Of a stretch of DNA of 45,960 nucleotides, positions 41,352 through 45,960 are shown piece after piece. Below the pieces are notes generated by a model. The model was given only the letters and a program-made list of their open reading frames with translations. It ran no database searches and was not told where the DNA came from. Origin of the DNA: a virus; the IMG/VR virus record IMGVR_UViG_3300017424_000001, positions 1-45,960 of that record. One strand, 5' to 3'. The position numbers and the translations under genes are program-made. Each line of letters begins with the position of its first letter. Position 1 is the first letter of the stretch.

Positions 41352-41830
41352 GCTGCTTGCTCCATCTGGTTAAGGCGGGCGTCGTCTGAAGCCATGTCGA
41401 AATACGCGATTGCGAGGTCGCGACGGTGCCGGCTGCCGAACCGGTCAACCTGGATCAGAATGGGAAGCCAGTCGTGCTCGCCCTCGGACTCCCACTCGAA
41501 CCAGTACGAGACGAGATCGCGTAGCTTGCGGTCAGGGATCGCGTGCGTGACCTCAACCTCGAATAGCTCGATCTCCTGCGTGCCCTCGTTGATGCGGAAG
41601 GCATCGGGCACGAAGTTGATTATGGGCGGCTCATCCTCGCAGCCGAGGCGGTCGCGCAGCGCACGAACAGCCATTGGCAGACCTGTGGTCTGGGCGCCGG
41701 GATAGTCGCGAAGGATCGCCGCGACACCATCGAGGTGCTGTTGAGTGAAGCACGGGCGCCGCTTTCCGGCCGCGCGATTCGCATCAGCGAACAGATCGTG
41801 ATCCTGCTCCGGGACTATTCCGTGACTCAT
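41348..41830 (-). CDS. Hypothetical protein, possible PD-(D/E)xK-like fold
   Basis: ORF track, 160 aa. FVPDAFRINEGTQEIELFEVEVTH resembles a D...E-x-E/K nuclease core. ATGA-coupled to the MTase-like gene. Confidence 0.3.
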   Translation of the reverse strand: MSHGIVPEQDHDLFADANRAAGKRRPCFTQQHLDGVAAILRDYPGAQTTGLPMAVRALRDRLGCEDEPPIINFVPDAFRINEGTQEIELFEVEVTHAIPDRKLRDLVSYWFEWESEGEHDWLPILIQVDRFGSRHRRDLAIAYFDMASDDARLNQMEQAA

Positions 41831-41922
41831 GAGATCGTCGCCTTCCGCTCGTATCCGGTCTGTTCCGAAACAAGAGCGTGAAGGGACTGAGCGAGGCCGA
41901 ATAAGGCACTGTATTCGCTCAA

Positions 41923-41974
<52 letters not shown>

Positions 41975-43108
41975 TCACGCCGATGCATCAGTTTCTCCCG
42001 GAATTCTGCCGTTTTCTGTGGGGGTAGTCAATAGCTCTACCGGACTATTCCGTAACTCTCCGGCAGCCATCGCAATTCGCAGGTCCTCGTCGAGAACGTG
42101 TGCGTAGCGTGCTGTCGTCGAAATATCGGAGTGCCCGAGCAGTTTCTGGACCGCCTTGAGGTTGCCCGTCGCGCGCACCAAACGGGTCGCGCGGGTGTGC
42201 CGTAGATCGTGGAAGCGGAAGTTGCTGATCTCCGCATCAGCGAGGGCCTGCCGCCACTGCCGCGACCAGCCCTTCGAGCTGAACGGATAGCGCTTGCCTT
42301 TATGCCGCGCGGGACGGTCCTTGCGGGCCGGGGAGGGGCGCCGGCACTTGTAGGTAAAGACATAGGGGCAGTCGTCCACCTCGGGCCGCTCCAGGATGAT
42401 CTCAGCCATCCGAGCGGTCAGCGGGAACGTGTGCTGCTTGCTGCCCTTCATGGTCACTGTGGCGCGCATCCCGGCTAGGTCGACGCGGCTGCGCTCGAGC
42501 GTGATGACGGATGCCTTGCGCTGTCCGCTCAGTATGGCGAACTCAACCACCGCAGCCAGGTCGTCGCTTAGATGCTCAAACAGCCGGCGTTCCTCGTCTG
42601 GTAGGAGCTCGCGGACGCGCTCTTGCGGCTCGTCCAGCATAAGCGCAGCCCACTCAACGTGACGATCCTGCCCGATCGTCGGAACCTGATGCGAGTTGGC
42701 TGCAGCGAGCTTCCAGATCCTGCGTGCCACCTCGAGCTCGCGATTGATCGTGGCAGGCCCAACGCCCTCGGTGCGGCGCTTGGCGATGTAGGTATTGAAC
42801 TCTTTCGGCCCGAGCTCGGAAAGCAGCTTACGTTCGCCTAGCAACGAGCAGAGCTTGGCGACCTGATAATCCGTCGTGCTCGAGCTCGCATCATGCTTGC
42901 CCGACTGATCCCAGAACTCAGCGCAGGCGACGTCCAGAGTGATAGGCGACTTGTCGACGTCGCCTAGCGCTATGCTCGCGCGGAGCTTGGCTTCGAACCG
43001 TTCTGCATCGCGTTTCGTCGTGCAGTGCGTTGAGCCATGAAACCGGCGCTTGTTGATCTGGAAGTCGTACTGCCAGTGCGGTGAGCGTGGATCTTTGCGG
43101 AGGGACAT
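41975..43108 (-). CDS. int: Tyrosine recombinase/phage integrase
   Basis: ORF 41975..43240 trimmed to ATG 43108 (MSLRKDPRSPHWQYDFQINKRRFHG...). C-terminal FHDLRHTRATRLV...LLGHSDISTTARYAH catalytic R-H-R-Y pattern. Confidence 0.9.
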   Translation of the reverse strand: MSLRKDPRSPHWQYDFQINKRRFHGSTHCTTKRDAERFEAKLRASIALGDVDKSPITLDVACAEFWDQSGKHDASSSTTDYQVAKLCSLLGERKLLSELGPKEFNTYIAKRRTEGVGPATINRELEVARRIWKLAAANSHQVPTIGQDRHVEWAALMLDEPQERVRELLPDEERRLFEHLSDDLAAVVEFAILSGQRKASVITLERSRVDLAGMRATVTMKGSKQHTFPLTARMAEIILERPEVDDCPYVFTYKCRRPSPARKDRPARHKGKRYPFSSKGWSRQWRQALADAEISNFRFHDLRHTRATRLVRATGNLKAVQKLLGHSDISTTARYAHVLDEDLRIAMAAGELRNSPVELLTTPTENGRIPGETDASA

Positions 43109-43287
43109 GGGGACTCTTTGCGCCTGCGTTCTGCCAGGAATGCATCGCAATCCTCGGCGGTGTATCGAAACTTGCGATCGGTGACCGCGATATAGCTGAT
43201 CTCGCCACGCTGGCGGATCTTCCGCAAGGTGCGCTCGCACATGTCCAGGCGGGCCGCGGCTTGCTCCGGGGTCAGGAGCTCACCCAC
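42970..43287 (-). CDS. xis: Excisionase/MerR-type HTH DNA-binding protein
   Basis: GTG 43287 with GGAGG 6 nt upstream. ELLTPEQAAARLDMCERTLRKIRQRGEISYIAV is typical of a Xis HTH. The ORF runs 139 nt into int. Confidence 0.6.
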   Translation of the reverse strand: MGELLTPEQAAARLDMCERTLRKIRQRGEISYIAVTDRKFRYTAEDCDAFLAERRRKESPCPSAKIHAHRTGSTTSRSTSAGFMAQRTARRNAMQNGSKPSSARA

Positions 43288-43465
43288 GCCCCACCTCCGC
43301 CACACCCTCAAGCGCGGTCACAAAGCTCTGTACGAGTGATCCGTTATCCCATGCCCCGGATAGGACAGCGCGGCGAGGGATGTTCTCATGCACCCGGCCC
43401 ATGGTGTCCTGTACGCCTTCGGGGAAGGTGTTGGCGGCTTGCTGACGTGCTGTCTCGATGCTCAT
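43280..43465 (-). CDS. Small hypothetical protein
   Basis: ORF 43280..43525 trimmed to ATG 43465 (AAGGA upstream). Confidence 0.45.
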   Translation of the reverse strand: MSIETARQQAANTFPEGVQDTMGRVHENIPRRAVLSGAWDNGSLVQSFVTALEGVAEVGRG

Positions 43466-43704
43466 CGGTTCTGTCCTTCCTGATCTGTGAGGTGGGCGGC
43501 GACGAGCTTGCCAAGCACCGACCATTTGCGAACGATGGCGAAGCTGGCGTGGTACGTGATGCCCGACACCAGCCCCATTTCCATGAGGTGGTTGACCGTG
43601 CGCTTGGACCCGCCATCGGATATGAATACCAAGCGCTGTGCCTTGGTCAGGTTCAGGGCAATGCCAGCAGCATCCTCTCCCTTGCTGCGCGATGCGGAGG
43701 TCAT
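43462..43704 (-). CDS. Hypothetical protein
   Basis: ORF track, ATGA overlap. Confidence 0.45.
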   Translation of the reverse strand: MTSASRSKGEDAAGIALNLTKAQRLVFISDGGSKRTVNHLMEMGLVSGITYHASFAIVRKWSVLGKLVAAHLTDQEGQNR

Positions 43705-43946
43705 GCGGGTTGCTCGGGGGCTGCGATCGTCGCCGGCTTGGCGTTGTCGGCCAGCACCTTGGTGCCGTTCAGATAGATGCGGACGCCGTTGAATATCTGC
43801 TTGGCGAGCAGCGAGCGGGCGACGGCGTCGTTGACGGTAATCTTCCCGGCGCGGAGGGCGTCGAGATCGCCGATAAGCCCGGTGATGACCGAGCTAAGGC
43901 CCAGCTGCTCGGACACGGGCGCGGACTCGTAATCACGCGTTGCCAT
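43701..43946 (-). CDS. Hypothetical protein
   Basis: ORF 43701..44009 trimmed to ATG 43946 (GGAG upstream). Confidence 0.45.
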   Translation of the reverse strand: MATRDYESAPVSEQLGLSSVITGLIGDLDALRAGKITVNDAVARSLLAKQIFNGVRIYLNGTKVLADNAKPATIAAPEQPA

Positions 43947-44196
43947 GGTTGTCGCTCCATCTTTTTTGCGCAGCTGCAGAATGCAGGGCCTCGGCGATCG
44001 CGAAGCCACGCTGCACCTGTCGGCGATCGCGGAATGATCCAGCAGTCGGCATGCCGATGCCTTGGGTGTATTGGTGTTCGCATCCCTGACAGAACGGCGG
44101 GATCGTCATCGCGCGCCCGGGCATGTTCCATCGCGTGTCAATCTGGCGCTCGCAGATCGCGCAAGTGAACGCCTCGACGTGCACAAACCCGCTCAT
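43933..44196 (-). CDS. Zn-finger small protein
   Basis: CAICERQ...FCQGCEH pairs of Cys. ORF track. Confidence 0.5.
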   Translation of the reverse strand: MSGFVHVEAFTCAICERQIDTRWNMPGRAMTIPPFCQGCEHQYTQGIGMPTAGSFRDRRQVQRGFAIAEALHSAAAQKRWSDNHGNA

Positions 44197-44558
44197 ACCT
44201 TCCCTCCCTGCGACAAGAGGCGGATTTCAGCGAGGGCGGCATCGAGTGCGAGGAAAGCGGATGCATCATCCTCGGCTTCCCACTTCGCCGAAACGATCGC
44301 CGCACAATCGGCCACCCCATCCGCATAGGACCGCGCTGGGGGTGTGGTGAGGGCCGGTCGCGCGTCGTTGGCATCACACCACGCGTGCCACATTGTGCGC
44401 GCCGGGATCATCTTGCGCTCCGGGCAACAGGTGAACGCGGTGGCGCTGTCGGCAACGATCGCAGCGACCGTCCGCGTCGTGCCGCAGCCGGTGCAGACCA
44501 TCGCCTCGCCATCCGCATCAAGCTTGATGCGCGCCACCCCTTCGACAGCCCCGCTCAT
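44193..44558 (-). CDS. Hypothetical protein (Cys-rich N-terminal half)
   Basis: ORF track, ATGA overlaps. Confidence 0.5.
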   Translation of the reverse strand: MSGAVEGVARIKLDADGEAMVCTGCGTTRTVAAIVADSATAFTCCPERKMIPARTMWHAWCDANDARPALTTPPARSYADGVADCAAIVSAKWEAEDDASAFLALDAALAEIRLLSQGGKV

Positions 44559-45268
44559 GATGCCTTCACCTGTGCAAGGGCGAGGGCTCTGCCGTGACGG
44601 ATAGCCTGCCGCATTTGGATGCGATTGAATTGCGGGCGATCATGCGCGGCGTGGTTGTAGAGTAGCGACAATTCGCGCTGGTCATCATGTTCCCATGCCT
44701 CGACCGTCTCGAACTCGTCGGCGTCCTCCGATAGGGTGGGAGACGTCGGGGTGGCGGCGAGGGCGCGGGTGGCTTCGGCTGCAATATCGCGCCATGTCCA
44801 CTCGCCATGCTCTTCCAGATCTGCGTTCGCAGTTGCCGACAGTCTGATCGCCAGTGCGCCGATCGGGTCGGCTAGATCATGCAGCCTCGACAACTCGCGG
44901 CCAAACGCGCTTCTCTCCCCCTCCTGCGACGTTGCGGGCTGGGTAGCGAGGGCGGCGCGGAGGGCAATGATACCAGCCCAATATTCGGCCGGGTGTGGCC
45001 GGTCGTTGCCATTTACCGGCGCTGCATCGACGACTTTTTGTGCCGCAGCGCGCAATGCCACATCTCCCGCCTGATGCGATATGGGAATCCCCATATCGGC
45101 CTCTCCCGCCTGATTGGTCGCGGGTACAGGTTCGGGGGTGTTCACCTGATCGCACGGCAGCGCGCCGCAGCTCGGGCATGGATCGATCTGCGCAACCGTC
45201 ACCGCTTGCTGGTCTGTCGTATCGGTCATCGAATAACCTTCCTGATAGAGTGGGTTGGGCGCGGTCAT
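44555..45268 (-). CDS. Hypothetical acidic protein
   Basis: ORF 44555..45298 trimmed to ATG 45268 (ATGA overlap with ninB). Confidence 0.5.
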   Translation of the reverse strand: MTAPNPLYQEGYSMTDTTDQQAVTVAQIDPCPSCGALPCDQVNTPEPVPATNQAGEADMGIPISHQAGDVALRAAAQKVVDAAPVNGNDRPHPAEYWAGIIALRAALATQPATSQEGERSAFGRELSRLHDLADPIGALAIRLSATANADLEEHGEWTWRDIAAEATRALAATPTSPTLSEDADEFETVEAWEHDDQRELSLLYNHAAHDRPQFNRIQMRQAIRHGRALALAQVKAS

Positions 45269-45669
45269 GCTGCGTCTCGCATCGGAGGCTCGGACCACTG
45301 GACATTGTGTCGCGAGCCGAGCTCGTAAATTAGCTCAATCAGCGCGGCGAACTGGCTGACAGTGAGGGTCGAAGACCGCATCCCGATCGGGAACATGCCC
45401 TCGCCCTCAAGCGTCGGCAGGAAGCGCATTTCGGTACCGAGCGCGTTCAGGAAGCGCAGTTTGATATCCTCCGCGCTGAACGTCTCGAAGCCGGGGACTT
45501 GCTTCTGGATATCGGCGAGCATCGGCCAGAGCTTTCGGTTCTGAGCGTCCCGGCGGGTCTCGGCAGCGATCTTGACGACGTAGCCGACAGGCGCCTGCTC
45601 AATAGCCTGGTGAGCGTAGGCGCGCTGGTGCGGGCCGACGAGGCGGATCGTGGGGAACTTGTCAGCCAT
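45265..45669 (-). CDS. ninB: NinB/Orf-family recombination mediator
   Basis: VKIAAETRRDAQNRKLWPMLADIQKQV...LTVSQFAALIELIYELG follows the NinB pattern. Confidence 0.75.
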   Translation of the reverse strand: MADKFPTIRLVGPHQRAYAHQAIEQAPVGYVVKIAAETRRDAQNRKLWPMLADIQKQVPGFETFSAEDIKLRFLNALGTEMRFLPTLEGEGMFPIGMRSSTLTVSQFAALIELIYELGSRHNVQWSEPPMRDAA

Positions 45670-45960
45670 TGGACCTCTCCCGTTGTGCTTGTGCGATCTG
45701 CTGCCGGCGCGGGCTGGCGGCGATGAAGTCTCGGATCAGCCCTTCGACGTCGATGCCGCGCCAGAACGCCTGCTCGCCGATGTTGTGCTGCCGACGATGA
45801 TGCTCGGCGCAAAGGCTGACCCCGCGCCAGTCGTCAGGCTTTTGGCCCATGCCCGCGCCCGAACCATTACGGACGTGCGCGAACTCAATTGGGCGAGCCT
45901 TACAGCCGGGGATGCAGCACTCATGGCTGCGGACGAAGGTGGCATGCGCAGGCGAACGCC
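45662..45960 (-). CDS. DUF968/HNH-like Zn-binding nuclease, 3-prime part (5-prime part is at 1-172 across the circle junction)
   Basis: ...CCIPGCKARPIEFAHVRNGSGAGMGQKPDDWRGVSLCAEHHRRQHNIGEQAFW. The ORF-track entry 45662..45850 is only the part after an internal Met. Confidence 0.7.
   Translation of the reverse strand, partial: RSPAHATFVRSHECCIPGCKARPIEFAHVRNGSGAGMGQKPDDWRGVSLCAEHHRRQHNIGEQAFWRGIDVEGLIRDFIAASPRRQQIAQAQRERSNG
45838..45960. repeat. Terminal direct repeat (right copy), identical to 1-123
   Basis: Same 123 nt as the window start. Either a circular-assembly overlap or true terminal redundancy. Confidence 0.95.

Overview
This 45,960-nt window is a complete, circularly closed genome of a GC-rich temperate siphovirus-type phage. 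The unique length is 45,837 bp: bases 1-123 recur exactly at 45838-45960, and one gene is split across the two ends. The phage is in unintegrated (attP) form. A tyrosine integrase abuts a 48-nt copy of the 3-prime end of a tRNA-Pro(UGG). The host is inferred to be an alphaproteobacterium, based on a phage-borne GapR/DUF2312 homologue, a GTA-like tail module and high GC. A sphingomonad-like EPS producer is only a guess.

Gene layout:
- Minus-strand early-left operon, running 2836 down through the window junction to 41975: small ORFs, ERF recombinase, DUF968/HNH, NinB, Zn-finger ORFs, Xis, Int.
- Lambda-like immunity region (2884-3328) with a short HTH repressor flanked by four 17-bp operators and a divergent Cro-like gene.
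- Plus-strand early-right operon (3328-10906): T5orf172-HTH protein, CII-like protein, GapR, VRR-NUC, an O-like replication protein with internal iterons, an NrdR-like Zn ribbon and a Dam methylase.
- Packaging and head genes (10913-19053): TerS, TerL, DUF1073 portal, Mu-F-like protein, DUF2213, DUF2190 and a DUF2184-type capsid.
- An unusual five-gene block after the capsid terminator (19125-24452): a collagen-like protein, an 873-aa esterase/lectin protein and a beta-helix protein.
- Connector and GTA-like tail genes (24449-36183), including an A9 frameshift site and a tape measure protein.
- Lysis cassette with a GH19 endolysin (36180-38981).
- A 414-bp non-coding gap, then a lower-GC accessory region (39396-41830) next to attP.

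No rRNA, CRISPR array, IS element or complete tRNA was seen.

Observations most worth follow-up:
- A recurrent 12-nt motif sits 32-34 nt upstream of five SD-less late genes.
- The operator and promoter geometry of the immunity switch points to probable leaderless repressor and cro mRNAs.
- Iterons plus a G-free tract lie inside the replication gene.
- The post-capsid collagen/esterase/beta-helix block is in an unexpected position.
- Three opposite-strand morons sit inside the structural operon.
- A 216-aa C5-methyltransferase-like mini-protein is translationally coupled to a possible nuclease-fold protein beside attP.

All protein-family calls are from reading the translations by eye. No database search was run.
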